Translations under genes and position numbers: made by a program
In this document: piece by piece, positions 1-8,795 of the stretch
How positions within the stretch are numbered: position 1 is the stretch's first letter
Layout: each line of letters begins with the position of its first letter
Notes under the pieces: generated by a model
Seen by the model: the letters and a program-made list of their open reading frames with translations, nothing else
Told to the model about the DNA's origin: nothing
The model's database searches: none
From: Clostridiales bacterium
Lineage (GTDB): Bacteria; Bacillota; Clostridia; Oscillospirales; Oscillospiraceae
Assembly (NCBI GenBank): GCA_019422005.1
Contig: JAHZEF010000002.1
Coordinates: forward strand, 1 to 40,866
Direction of reading: 5' to 3'
Length of the DNA: 40,866 bases

Positions 1-44
1 AGGGTGTTTGCCCTGGCCCCCTTGGTATAGATATGGTCTCTCAT
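1..44 (-). CDS. uvrA: Probable excinuclease ABC subunit A, N-terminal fragment (runs off window)
   Basis: AAGGAGG RBS then MRDHIYTKGARANTL, resembling the UvrA N-terminus (IxIKGARxNNL); an SOS-box-like palindrome lies upstream. Only 14 full codons are visible. Confidence 0.55.
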   Translation of the reverse strand, partial: MRDHIYTKGARANT

Positions 45-108
45 GCGCTCCTCCTTATTGATCATCGGGGCCGCCGGCCCCGGAATGGCTGAATTCTGAC
101 AGCGTTTT

Positions 109-137
109 ATTATATCAGAGATTTCCCGGGCTGACAA
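109..137 (-). promoter_or_regulatory. Sigma-A promoter for uvrA-like gene
   Basis: Minus strand TTGTCA-17bp-TATAAT with TG extended -10. Confidence 0.75.
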
Positions 138-146
138 CCGGAAATT

Positions 147-160
147 CAAACAAATGTTTG
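147..160. promoter_or_regulatory. LexA/DinR (SOS)-box-like palindrome
   Basis: CAAAC-AAAT-GTTTG, a variant of the Firmicute GAAC-N4-GTTC box, just upstream of the -35 of the uvrA-like promoter. Confidence 0.5.
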
Positions 161-224
161 GGTGAGCCCGGCCGGGCGTCCAGGCCGGCCGCGGCCGCCG
201 CAGCAAGCAAGGGAGGAACCACAC

Positions 225-791
225 ATGCTTCGAGAACTGCTTTTAAAAACACGCTCCTGCCGCCGGTTTGACGAAAGCCGGCCCGTCCCGCCGGAACTGC
301 TGCGGGAACTGGTGGAGCTGACCAGATGGATTCCGTCCGCCAACAACGCCCAGGCGCTGCGGTACCGGCTGGTCAGCGCCCCGGAGGAGCGGGAGAAGGT
401 ATTCCCCACGCTGCGCTGGGCCACGGCCCTGCCCGGCTGGCACGGGCCGGAGGCCGGGCAGCGGCCCACGGCGTATATCGTACTCCTGTGCGACCTGCGG
501 CTGGGCCGGGACCGTCGGTATGACGACGGCATCGCCGCACAGACGCTGCTGCTGGGCGCGGCGGAGCGCGGATACGGCGGCTGCATGCTGGGTCTGGTGG
601 ACCGGCCGGTGCTGGCCAAAGCGCTGGGAATCGACCCGCAGCGTTACCAGGTGGATCTGGTGGTGGCGCTGGGTGTTCCGGCGGAAGAGATCCGCCTGAC
701 GGAGGCCGGCCGGGACGGGGATGTGACGTATTACCGCGACGGCCAGGTTCACTGCGTGCCCAAGCGCCCCCTGGACGCGCTGATCGTCTGA
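225..791 (+). CDS. Nitroreductase family protein
   Basis: GGAGG RBS before ATG 225; TRSCRRF, PSANNAQ, DDGIAAQTLLLGAAERGYGGC and C-terminal VPKR motifs. Confidence 0.9.
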   Translation: MLRELLLKTRSCRRFDESRPVPPELLRELVELTRWIPSANNAQALRYRLVSAPEEREKVFPTLRWATALPGWHGPEAGQRPTAYIVLLCDLRLGRDRRYDDGIAAQTLLLGAAERGYGGCMLGLVDRPVLAKALGIDPQRYQVDLVVALGVPAEEIRLTEAGRDGDVTYYRDGQVHCVPKRPLDALIV

Positions 792-813
792 CCTCCGCAG
801 GCCGGAACGCGGC

Positions 814-842
814 TTGACACCCTGCAGCGCAGCTGGTATAAT
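814..842 (+). promoter_or_regulatory. Consensus sigma-A promoter
   Basis: TTGACA(814-819)-17bp-TATAAT(837-842) with TG extension. Confidence 0.85.
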
Positions 843-893
843 TTCAGAAACTTTGCCGCGGGTACCCTGCGGCATTTCGGAGGTATCCCCTTG

Positions 894-1844
894 ATGAAAC
901 AGTTGAAATGGCTCCTGGCTGCGGCCGGGATGTTAGCGGTGCTGACAGCCTGCAGCTCCGCGGCCACCGAAACACCGGAGCTGCAGGATCCGCCTCCGGC
1001 GGAGAGCGCCGGCACCCAGACGCCGGAAGACGCCGCCTGGAATACCATCACCGCCGAGGAAGCAAAAGCCCGGATCGACAGCGGGGATCCCGTAACCGTC
1101 GTGGACGTCCGGACGGCTGCGGAGTATGAAGAAGGCCACATTGAACACGCGCTGCTTCTGCCCAATGAGGAGATCGGCAGCAGCCGGCCCGCGCTGCTGC
1201 CGGATCCGGATGCAGAACTGCTGGTCTACTGCCGGACGGGCCGCCGCAGTGCCGAGGCCGCCAAAAAGCTGGCCGCCCTGGGGTATACGAACGTCAGCGA
1301 TTTCGGCGGAATTACCGATTGGCCCTACGGCACGGTGGAAGGCACTTTCGAAACACCGGAAGCGCTGAAGGCCCCCGGCGTACTGTCGGAGTTCTCCGCT
1401 GAGGACCTGTACGGGAACCCGGTGGACAGTTCCATCTTTGCAGGGTATCCGATCAATATGATCAACGTCTGGGCCACCTTCTGCGGCCCCTGCATCAATG
1501 AGATGCCCGATTTGGGAGAGCTGGCGGCGGAATACGCCGACCGGGGCGTTCAGATCATCGGCGTGGTCAGCGATCTGGCCAAGCGGGACGGCACCTACGA
1601 CGAGGAGCTGACCGAGCTGGCCCGGGACATCGTGGAGGCCACCGGCGCGGCGTACCTGCATCTGATGCCCTCGCCGGATCTGGTGGAAAAAAAGCTGCAG
1701 AATATCCAGGCGGTGCCGACCACGTTTTTTGTGGACGAGACCGGCGCAGCCATCGGCTCGGCCTATGTGGTAGGCGCGCAGTCCAAGTCCGACTGGGAGG
1801 CCACGCTGGACGCGCTGCTGGCAGAACTGGAGGAGACGCCGTGA
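894..1844 (+). CDS. Lipoprotein: rhodanese domain fused to TlpA/thioredoxin-like domain
   Basis: Signal peptide with lipobox LTAC; rhodanese DVRTAAEY..GHI..YCRTGRRS; thioredoxin WATFCGPC..EMP and VPTT. Start is TTG 891 or ATG 894. Confidence 0.88.
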   Translation: MKQLKWLLAAAGMLAVLTACSSAATETPELQDPPPAESAGTQTPEDAAWNTITAEEAKARIDSGDPVTVVDVRTAAEYEEGHIEHALLLPNEEIGSSRPALLPDPDAELLVYCRTGRRSAEAAKKLAALGYTNVSDFGGITDWPYGTVEGTFETPEALKAPGVLSEFSAEDLYGNPVDSSIFAGYPINMINVWATFCGPCINEMPDLGELAAEYADRGVQIIGVVSDLAKRDGTYDEELTELARDIVEATGAAYLHLMPSPDLVEKKLQNIQAVPTTFFVDETGAAIGSAYVVGAQSKSDWEATLDALLAELEETP

Positions 1845-1978
1845 GGCGCCCGGCCGCAGCCTGGGGCGTCCTGGTGCTGGGCGCGCTGCTGACTGCGCTG
1901 GGCGTCTGGCGGGGCGAAGCGGAAACCGTGCTGCAGAAGGCAGTCATGATCTGCATGGAGTGTATTGGAATTGGGTAA
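1841..1978 (+). CDS. 45-aa membrane protein with C-terminal CxxC (CD1871A-family-like); absent from ORF track
   Basis: GTG overlaps the upstream stop (GTGA), RBS GGAGGAG; MRRPAAAWGVLVLGALLTALGVWRGEAETVLQKAVMICMECIGIG*. Confidence 0.85.
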   Translation: MRRPAAAWGVLVLGALLTALGVWRGEAETVLQKAVMICMECIGIG

Positions 1979-2870
1979 CATTCGAAAACATCTGCGGCTG
2001 TGGTGCCAGGCGGCGTTCACCGCCCTGTCCAACGGCTATCTGAAGGGATTCGCCAAAGGCGAGATTTTCACCGGCGGATCCAAGGTGATCTGCGTGCCCG
2101 GGCTCAACTGCTATTCCTGCCCCGGCGCGCTGGGCTCCTGCCCCATTGGATCGCTGCAGGCGGTGCTGGGCAGCCGGAAATTTCAGGTTTCCTTTTATGT
2201 GCTCGGGTTTCTGATGATGGTGGGGGCAATCTGCGGCCGCGCAGTCTGCGGCTGGCTGTGCCCTTTCGGGCTGGTGCAGGATCTGCTTCACAAAATCCCG
2301 GGCGTGAAAAAATGGAAGCGCCTGCCGGGCGACCGGTTCCTGAAATGGCTGAAATATGGGATCCTGGCGGTCTTCGTCATTCTGCTGCCCATGTTCGCTG
2401 TGGATCTCGTCGGCCAGGGTTCCCCCTGGTTCTGCAAATATATCTGCCCCAGCGGCACCCTGCTGGGCGGCGTCCCGCTGACGGCCGCCAATGCGGGGCT
2501 CCGCTCCGCAATCGGCTGGCTGTATACCTGGAAGCTGGCCATCCTGATCGGGCTGCTGGTGCTGTCGGTGTTTGTTTACCGGCCGTTCTGCCGGTATCTC
2601 TGCCCGCTGGGCGCAATCTACGGCCCGTTCAACCGGTTCGCACTGTACCGCTTCCGGGTGGAGCAGGATCAATGCGTCGCCTGCGGGAAATGCCAGAAAG
2701 CCTGCAAGCTGGACATTCCCGTATGGCAGAAGCCCAACAGCGCCGAATGCATCCGCTGCGGCGACTGCCGCCGGGCCTGTCCCCACAGCGCCATTCATAC
2801 CACGTTTGAGAAGCAAAAGGCCGCCCGGAACGCCTGCCCCTCCCGAGACTGCGGCGGCGCCGGGCGCTGA
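1965..2870 (+). CDS. 4Fe-4S-binding polytopic membrane protein (NapH/MauN-like)
   Basis: CxxxCP motifs (CGWLCP, CKYICP, CRYLCP), TM segments, two CxxCxxCxxxC ferredoxin motifs. Start is TTG 1965 or 1971. Confidence 0.88.
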   Translation: MELGNIRKHLRLWCQAAFTALSNGYLKGFAKGEIFTGGSKVICVPGLNCYSCPGALGSCPIGSLQAVLGSRKFQVSFYVLGFLMMVGAICGRAVCGWLCPFGLVQDLLHKIPGVKKWKRLPGDRFLKWLKYGILAVFVILLPMFAVDLVGQGSPWFCKYICPSGTLLGGVPLTAANAGLRSAIGWLYTWKLAILIGLLVLSVFVYRPFCRYLCPLGAIYGPFNRFALYRFRVEQDQCVACGKCQKACKLDIPVWQKPNSAECIRCGDCRRACPHSAIHTTFEKQKAARNACPSRDCGGAGR

Positions 2871-2877
2871 GGGAAAC

Positions 2878-2915
2878 AAAACGGGAGCCTGCGCAGCCGC
2901 GCAGGCTCCCGTTTT
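2878..2915. terminator. Intrinsic terminator (bidirectional type)
   Basis: AAAA-CGGGAGCCTGCGC-agcc-GCGCAGGCTCCCG-TTTT. Confidence 0.85.
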
Positions 2916-3474
2916 ATGCAGGGCGGTTTCAAGCCGTACCCCGGCGCAGCGGCTGTAACCCGAAGCCGGGAAGCTGCAAAATCCGCAGCGCCGGCCCGCT
3001 CCACCGGCATGGCCGACGGCTCGTACAGGCCCTGCAGGAGGTTCCGTGCCGGCAACGCCGCCAGGCGTTTGAACGATTCCTCCATTGCGGAATGTTCTCT
3101 GGCCGGCCTCCCCATGGGGCGCTTCCTTCATTTGCCCCTGTTTTCCGGCCCGCCTGTAAACGGGTGTGTATCTTCTTCCATGCTGATTGGATCCGCCGCC
3201 ATGGCTTCCTGCCGCCGGCCCTTTGCGTACCCGCTGGCCGCCTTTTCCTTCCCCCCGGCCGGATCCCCATCATACCCCCGATTCCTGAAATATCGGTTCC
3301 CGCATGTGTGCCCGGGATTTACGGGCCGCTCTTTCCCCTGAGAGATCCCGCCGCGCACGCCGCCCCGGGCTTTCCAAGGGATGAAAACAGGCCGTGAAGC
3401 GGGCTGACGGCGCTGCTGCTTCAAGTACCGCTGCCGCCGGGGAATTCGGAGCGGCAGGAAAACAGGGCAACGGG

Positions 3475-3735
3475 TAACTGTCAAGGCCGAAAGGAACGGG
3501 TTCATACCCGTCCTTGACTGCCGCCCGCCGTCCCGCTGAATGGGTGGACAAGGCGGCCAATCCCTCAAAGTGCTTGGCCGCACTCTTTCTAATTTCGGAG
3601 CGTTTTCTTTCTCAAAATTGAAATGGGCGGGAAAGCCATTTTAGGGCTTTTCTGCCTTGATTACCCGTTAGCAAAGACGGGTGAGGCTGTCAACAGCGGC
3701 GCATGAAATGCGCCGTTCATCTTGACCGTTGATTA
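3475..3735. repeat. Two nested inverted-repeat units, possible mobile-element cis-site relic
   Basis: GTCAAGG..ACGGGT-tcat-ACCCGT-CCTTGAC (3480-3518); GTCAAC..CGGCGCAT-gaa-ATGCGCCG..TTGAC (3689-3726); GCGGCCAA..TTGGCCGC (3553-3581). Confidence 0.5.
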
Positions 3736-3790
3736 GTTCGGCTGGTTTTGCTATTTCCCCGATAACCGGGATTTATCTTTTCATTTCATA

Positions 3791-3950
3791 TTAAAATTTC
3801 ATGTTTTCATATACTTTTATAAGAGCCTGTGTGCCATAGTTTGCTCCCCCATCTTCCTCTAATTGTTCAAAAAGAGAAAGTACCTTTTCCAGCACAGGTA
3901 AATGCCGGTTCTTATCAGACAATTCCTCCACGTCCAATACTTCATTGGTC
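3791..3950 (-). pseudogene. 3' remnant of an NAD(P)-dependent oxidoreductase (3-hydroxyisobutyrate dehydrogenase family)
   Basis: LPVLEKVLSLFEQLEEDGGANYGTQALIKVY* resembles the C-terminus of YkwC/MmsB-like proteins; no N-terminal Rossmann domain upstream; AT-rich. Confidence 0.55.
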
Positions 3951-4447
3951 ATTCTACCACAATTCCGAAAACCTGGAAACAGGGCATTTTCCGGTCTGTT
4001 TTCCCACCTTTTGGGCCTACGGCACAGGCGGTCAAACAGGTCTGCGCTGAAATCCACTCATCGGTGGACGGCACCTTGCAAACAGAACAACCGTCTGAAA
4101 AGGAAGATCCGGCGGGGGAAGCGTACAGGGCGCCGGCTTCCGGACAGGCTGTCCAGAGACAGCTTCGGGCCGCAATGGCCCGAAACTGCGGGGAGCGTGC
4201 CTCGTCGCCACAGGCTGCGGATTGATGGGTGCGCTCCCTTCGTATCGCTGCCTGCGATATTTCGTCGCACACGCATTGTCAATAAATGTAAACACTTTTT
4301 TAATCAAAAATAGCCTATCACGCGATAGAGCAAAATTAAACCGCTGCAAACACTCATTTTTTCATTTTGGCAGCAGAAGTCCGTTTCATGTTTATGTTAT
4401 TTTTTACGCCACCTATAAACCGGGTTTGGATCGCCAAAACCATTTCG

Positions 4448-4651
4448 TCATTTTAACACGGTTTTAGCAAAATCTTCAAACGTATCTCCCGTTCTGTTCT
4501 CTGCCCCTTCTATTTTGTTAAAGAAGCAGTTTGGCATTTCTCCCAGTTTTAAATTTTTTGCAATGCAGGGAGCGCATCCATTATCATGCTTGGTTGGATG
4601 AAGTGGACATTCCAGGTTTTTGCAAGTACAAAAGCCGCTCAATCTTCCCAT
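4448..4651 (-). CDS. Small Cys/His-rich putative metal-binding protein (67 aa; DUF6485-like from memory)
   Basis: AGGAGG RBS; CTC-x4-CPLHP..H..GCAPC..MPNCFF. Confidence 0.75.
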   Translation of the reverse strand: MGRLSGFCTCKNLECPLHPTKHDNGCAPCIAKNLKLGEMPNCFFNKIEGAENRTGDTFEDFAKTVLK

Positions 4652-4938
4652 ATGAAAACCTCCTGAACTTCCAATTTGCTTTTTCTTATGATAACCCTCA
4701 GGCGGAATAAGCACAAGCGTGTGATTCCTCTACCAAAATGATATCTAAAATATGCTATCTTTACAATCCCATTTTGTGCGTTGCTGAACCGCTGCTGCCC
4801 ATTGGGGCGGCCTCCCTTGATCCTGTTTGCGTCTGCGGTCGGCGGTTCTGCTTTCGCCCTATCATCGGAACTTTTCTGCCCGCTTAGTATCACTTTTCCG
4901 CACCACCGGCAAAGCCAGCGACATTCATCTGCAAACAG

Positions 4939-4972
4939 AAAACCAGCTGGGCGTAATCCCGGCTGGTTTTTT
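4939..4972. terminator. Intrinsic terminator-like hairpin
   Basis: AAAACCAGCTGGG-cgtaat-CCCGGCTGGTTTTTT. Confidence 0.6.
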
Positions 4973-5096
4973 GACGGTTTGCCTGTGGTGATCGCCGTGT
5001 GCAGTTGCGTGTGCAACTCTGCGTAAAAAAGCTCCGCTGCTGCATGCGGAACAACGGTAAGCTGTGGAATACGCGGAAAGCCGCATGAATACAGGG

Positions 5097-5135
5097 AACA
5101 GCCCCTGAATCCATTGAGAATCCAGGGGCTGTTTT
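5097..5135 (-). terminator. Hairpin immediately downstream of tRNA-Gly
   Basis: AACAGCCCCTG...CAGGGGCTGTT inverted repeat. Confidence 0.65.
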
Positions 5136-5136
5136 C

Positions 5137-5210
5137 TGGAGCAGGGTACGGGAATCGAACCCGCCTTCTCGGCTTGGGAAGCCGATGCACTACCGATGTA
5201 CTAACCCTGC
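5137..5210 (-). tRNA. tRNA-Gly(CCC)
   Basis: GCAGGGT/ACCCTGC acceptor stem, anticodon arm TCGGC-TTCCCAA-GCCGA, T-loop GGTTCGATTCC, encoded CCA; 74 nt. Confidence 0.97.
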
Positions 5211-5238
5211 GTTGGCTGCAGCAAATTGCTGTAGCTAT

Positions 5239-5267
5239 AGTATAGCAGATTCTTTTGCAAAATTCAA
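5239..5267 (-). promoter_or_regulatory. tRNA promoter
   Basis: TTGAAT-17bp-TATACT with TG extension. Confidence 0.65.
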
Positions 5268-5287
5268 CCGGATTTTGACGGCTGTTT

Positions 5288-6052
5288 TTAAAGTTTAATC
5301 CGAAACAGCCTGGAGGCATTTTCCCAGGTGATCCGGGCAATCTCCTCCGGGCTTACGCCGCGCAGTTCCGCCAGCTTTTCCGCCGTACGGTGCAGCATGC
5401 CCGAATCGCAGCGCCGCCCCCGGAACGGTTCCGGCGCCATATAAGGGCAGTCGGTTTCCAGCAGGAGCCGGTAAAGCGGGACATTTTCCGCCACCTCCAG
5501 CGCTTTGCGGGCATTTTTAAACGTCAGAACGCCGGTAAACCCCACGTACCACCCCAGGCTCACCAATTCCCTGGCCATTTCCAGCGACCCGGAATAGCAG
5601 TGAAACACGCCGGTCACCTCCGGATAGCGGCGGATGATCTCCATGCCGTCGCCGTGCGCCTCCCGCTCGTGGACAATCACCGGGAGCTGCAGTTCCCTGG
5701 CCAGCTCCAGCTGACGGATAAACGCCTGTTTCTGAATCTCCCGCGGAACGTCCTCGTAATGGTAATCCAAACCGATTTCCCCGATGGCCACCACACGTTC
5801 GTCGGCGGCAAGCCGCCGGTATTCCTCCAGCAGCGCGTCGTCCACGTGGTCGGCGTCATCGGGGTGGGATCCGACAGCAGCCCAGAGAAACCCATATTGA
5901 TGGGCCAGCGCCGCGGCGGCCCGGCTGGAGGCCAGGTCGCATCCGGCGTTGAGGATCCGGCCAACGCCGCAGTCGGGCATGGATGCCAGCAGCTGGTGCC
6001 GGTCGCTGTCAAACCGGGTGGAATCGTAGTGGGCATGCGAGTCAAACAGCAT
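5288..6052 (-). CDS. tatD: TatD family hydrolase
   Basis: GGAGG RBS; DSHAH, GSHP, AIGEIGLDY, HCYSGS, ETDCPY motifs. Confidence 0.93.
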   Translation of the reverse strand: MLFDSHAHYDSTRFDSDRHQLLASMPDCGVGRILNAGCDLASSRAAAALAHQYGFLWAAVGSHPDDADHVDDALLEEYRRLAADERVVAIGEIGLDYHYEDVPREIQKQAFIRQLELARELQLPVIVHEREAHGDGMEIIRRYPEVTGVFHCYSGSLEMARELVSLGWYVGFTGVLTFKNARKALEVAENVPLYRLLLETDCPYMAPEPFRGRRCDSGMLHRTAEKLAELRGVSPEEIARITWENASRLFRIKL

Positions 6053-6108
6053 GGGAATTCCTCCTGAGACGATCGTTCGTCTGTATTTTCTCGTTCCGGC
6101 GTGCAGGT

Positions 6109-6678
6109 TCAGCGCGTAAATTGGACAACATAGGCGCCCAGCACCTGCACGCAGGGGATGGCCGCGGCATGTTCTGCCGTGAACGCCTGCCGGGGATAGC
6201 GGATCCGAACCTCCGCCGGCACGGCAGGCAGCGTCTTTCCCACGCTGCATCCGTGGGCGCCGCCGCTGAAGCGCCATGCAAAGCTGCAGTCGCAAAATTC
6301 TTTTCCGGCCGTTATCTTCTCCGGCGGCCTGACTGCGGGCGTCTTCCCGGGGAAGAAGCAGCCCCCGTCATCCTGCTCCGCCGGACAGCCTCCTGCAATC
6401 CCGGTGCGGGTGAAGGAGAGCTTCAGGAACGGCGTTTCAAAGACGGTGGTCTTTCCGGATTCCGCTGCGGGCACCTGATCCCAAAGCCCGATATTCAGCC
6501 ATCCCTTTATTCCGCCGGCTTCGGCGGCCGTGTTGAATTCCACTGCCCCTGCGCCGCCGTCCCGAATCTCGGCGTTAATCCGGAGAACCGGCCGCAGAGA
6601 GCGGAAGCCCTCCGGCAGAATGGCGCGGAGCCGGTCATGATCCACACCGTACGCCATTACAAACTGTTTCACCTTCAT
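6109..6678 (-). CDS. Hypothetical protein (189 aa)
   Basis: ATG overlaps the mnmG stop (ATGA), with an RBS-like GGAG upstream; co-oriented between mnmG and tatD. Confidence 0.75.
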   Translation of the reverse strand: MKVKQFVMAYGVDHDRLRAILPEGFRSLRPVLRINAEIRDGGAGAVEFNTAAEAGGIKGWLNIGLWDQVPAAESGKTTVFETPFLKLSFTRTGIAGGCPAEQDDGGCFFPGKTPAVRPPEKITAGKEFCDCSFAWRFSGGAHGCSVGKTLPAVPAEVRIRYPRQAFTAEHAAAIPCVQVLGAYVVQFTR

Positions 6679-8576
6679 TCTCCGCGCCTCCCGCTGCGGC
6701 TGTCCGCAGCCTTGTCCTGCTCCAGCCAGATGAGGAGCACGGCGATATCCGCAGGGCTGACGCCGGAAATCCGGGAAGCCTGTCCGATATTCAGCGGGCG
6801 GATGGCCGCCAGCTTCTGGCGCGCCTCCAGCCGCAGGCCGCCGATGGCCCCATAGTCCATGTCCGGCGGCAGCAGGCGCGTTTCGGCGCGGCGGAACTCC
6901 TCCACCTGTTTCTGCTGCCGGGCCAGGTAGCCGGCATATTTGACCTGAATCTGCACCTGTTCGGTCACGGCAGACGGAAGCGCGGGCCGTTCCGGGTCAA
7001 ACGGAGCCAACATCCCATAGGTTACGGCGGGCCGGCGCAGCAGGTCGGCCAGCCGCGCCGAAGTCTTTACCGGCTGTTCGCCGGCCGCAGACAGCATCCC
7101 GTTCAGCGCGGGGGAGGCGGGAATTCCCCGCGCCTCCATGCGGGCGATCTCCCGGGCCACGGCGGCATACTTTTCTTCCACCGCCGCCAGACGCGCGCCG
7201 GATACCAGCCCGATCCTGTGCCCGACGGAGGAAAGGCGCTGATCCGCATTGTCCTGGCGATGCAGAAGCCGGTACTCGCTGCGGGAAGTCATGATGCGGT
7301 ACGGCTCGTTGGTCCCCTTGGTCACCAGATCGTCGATCAGCGTGCCGATATAGCACTCGGACCGGCTCAGGATCATGGGCGGCTCGCCTTTGAGCTTCAG
7401 CGCCGCATTGACGCCGGCCACAAAGCCCTGGACAGCCGCCTCCTCATAGCCGGAGGATCCGTTGAACTGCCCGGCTCCGTAGAGGCCGGAGACCTTTTTG
7501 GACTCCAGCGTCGGCAGCAGCTCCGTGGGATCGACGCAGTCATACTCGATGGCATAGGCGGGACGCATCATTTCCGCATGCTCCAGCCCGGCCACAGTGT
7601 GCAGCATCTCCATCTGCACATCCACCGGCAGGCTGGAGGAAAATCCCTGCAGATACAGCTCGTCCGTATTCAGGCCGCAGGGTTCCACAAACAGCTGATG
7701 CCGCGGCTTTTCGGCAAACCGGACCACCTTGTCCTCTATGGAAGGGCAGTACCGGGGGCCGACGCCGGTAATGACGCCGGAAAACAGCGGGGAACGGGAG
7801 AGATTGTCCCGGATGACCTGATGGGTGCGCTCGTTGGTATAGGTCAGGTAGCAGACGGCACGGTTGGCCGGCGCCGTCTCCGCAGAGAACGAGAAGGGCT
7901 CCGGACAGTCGTCGCCGCGCTGGACCTCCATGCGGGAAACATCGACGCTGCGGGCGTTGAGGCGCGGCGGCGTACCGGTCTTAAAGCGCCGCAGGGAGAG
8001 GCCCAGCCGCTGCAGGCAGCCGGACAGGCCCAGGGCGGCGTGCATGCCGTCCGGGCCGGACGCATAGGCGGTTTCTCCAATGATGACGCGGCTGTCGAGA
8101 TAGGTGCCCGTGGCGACAACGGCCGCCCGGACGCGGTATTCCAGGCCCAGGCGCGTGACTACGGCGCTGACCGCGCCGTTCTCCGTCCGGATCTCCGTGA
8201 CCAGATCCTGTTTCAGCTCCAGGCGCTCCTGCCGCTCCAGCACATGCTTCATATACTCCTGGTATTTGCGCCGGTCCGCCTGCGCCCGCAGGGAGTGGAC
8301 GGCAGGCCCCTTGCCGCGGTTGAGCATGCGGTACTGAATGCAGCAGGCGTCGGCCGCCCTGGCCATCTCGCCGCCCAGCGCGTCCAGCTCCCGCACCAGA
8401 TGCCCCTTGCCCGTGCCGCCGATGGCGGGGTTGCAGGGCATATTGCCCACGGCGTCCAGATTGATGGTGAATACCACCGTCTTCAGTCCCAGCCGGGCGC
8501 AGGCCAGGCCGGCCTCAATACCGGCATGGCCTGCGCCGATCACCGCCACGGCGTATTCTCCGGCAAAACAGCCCAT
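6675..8576 (-). CDS. mnmG: tRNA uridine-5-carboxymethylaminomethyl(34) synthesis enzyme MnmG
   Basis: [71 protein letters not shown]. Confidence 0.97.
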   Translation of the reverse strand: MGCFAGEYAVAVIGAGHAGIEAGLACARLGLKTVVFTINLDAVGNMPCNPAIGGTGKGHLVRELDALGGEMARAADACCIQYRMLNRGKGPAVHSLRAQADRRKYQEYMKHVLERQERLELKQDLVTEIRTENGAVSAVVTRLGLEYRVRAAVVATGTYLDSRVIIGETAYASGPDGMHAALGLSGCLQRLGLSLRRFKTGTPPRLNARSVDVSRMEVQRGDDCPEPFSFSAETAPANRAVCYLTYTNERTHQVIRDNLSRSPLFSGVITGVGPRYCPSIEDKVVRFAEKPRHQLFVEPCGLNTDELYLQGFSSSLPVDVQMEMLHTVAGLEHAEMMRPAYAIEYDCVDPTELLPTLESKKVSGLYGAGQFNGSSGYEEAAVQGFVAGVNAALKLKGEPPMILSRSECYIGTLIDDLVTKGTNEPYRIMTSRSEYRLLHRQDNADQRLSSVGHRIGLVSGARLAAVEEKYAAVAREIARMEARGIPASPALNGMLSAAGEQPVKTSARLADLLRRPAVTYGMLAPFDPERPALPSAVTEQVQIQVKYAGYLARQQKQVEEFRRAETRLLPPDMDYGAIGGLRLEARQKLAAIRPLNIGQASRISGVSPADIAVLLIWLEQDKAADSRSGRRGE

Positions 8577-8608
8577 ATGCTTCAGTCCCTTGCAAGAAAA
8601 ATCAAATT

Positions 8609-8637
8609 ATTATAGCAGGATTTTCACAGGAATGCAA
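8609..8637 (-). promoter_or_regulatory. mnmG promoter
   Basis: TTGCAT-17bp-TATAAT with TG extension. Confidence 0.7.
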
Positions 8638-8682
8638 ATTCTCTTCACAAACCATTTTTTCTGCGCTTGCCCATAAAAACCC

Positions 8683-8714
8683 AAAACGCGGCACCGTACC
8701 ACGGTGCCGCGTTT
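8683..8714 (-). terminator. Terminator after thiolase
   Basis: AAACGCGGCACCGT-acc-ACGGTGCCGCGTTT; T-run on the minus strand. Confidence 0.8.
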
Positions 8715-8795
8715 CAAAGCGCTTCCGGTTTTCAGGTCCCGCCGTTCTCTGCAGCCGTACCGGAGAGGCTGCGCCGGATCTCATTGCAGGGAAAG

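Noticed and set aside
2916..3470. Short ORFs downstream of the Fe-S operon
   Set aside because: Low-complexity Pro/Arg/Ala translations in all frames with no convincing RBS or motif.
4050..4070. CCGATGAG resembling a hammerhead core
   Set aside because: Not CUGAnGA, and no correctly placed GAAA with three stems.
4900..4995. GGCAAAC / GCAAAGCC words suggesting a c-di-GMP-I riboswitch
   Set aside because: The words are on opposite strands and the GAAA tetraloop/receptor architecture is missing.
7218..8615. Long antisense/alternate-frame ORFs (e.g. 7218-8615, 1944-3131, 19576-20973, 29246-30397, 35459-36937)
   Set aside because: They shadow well-supported genes in GC-rich DNA and show no motifs or RBS.
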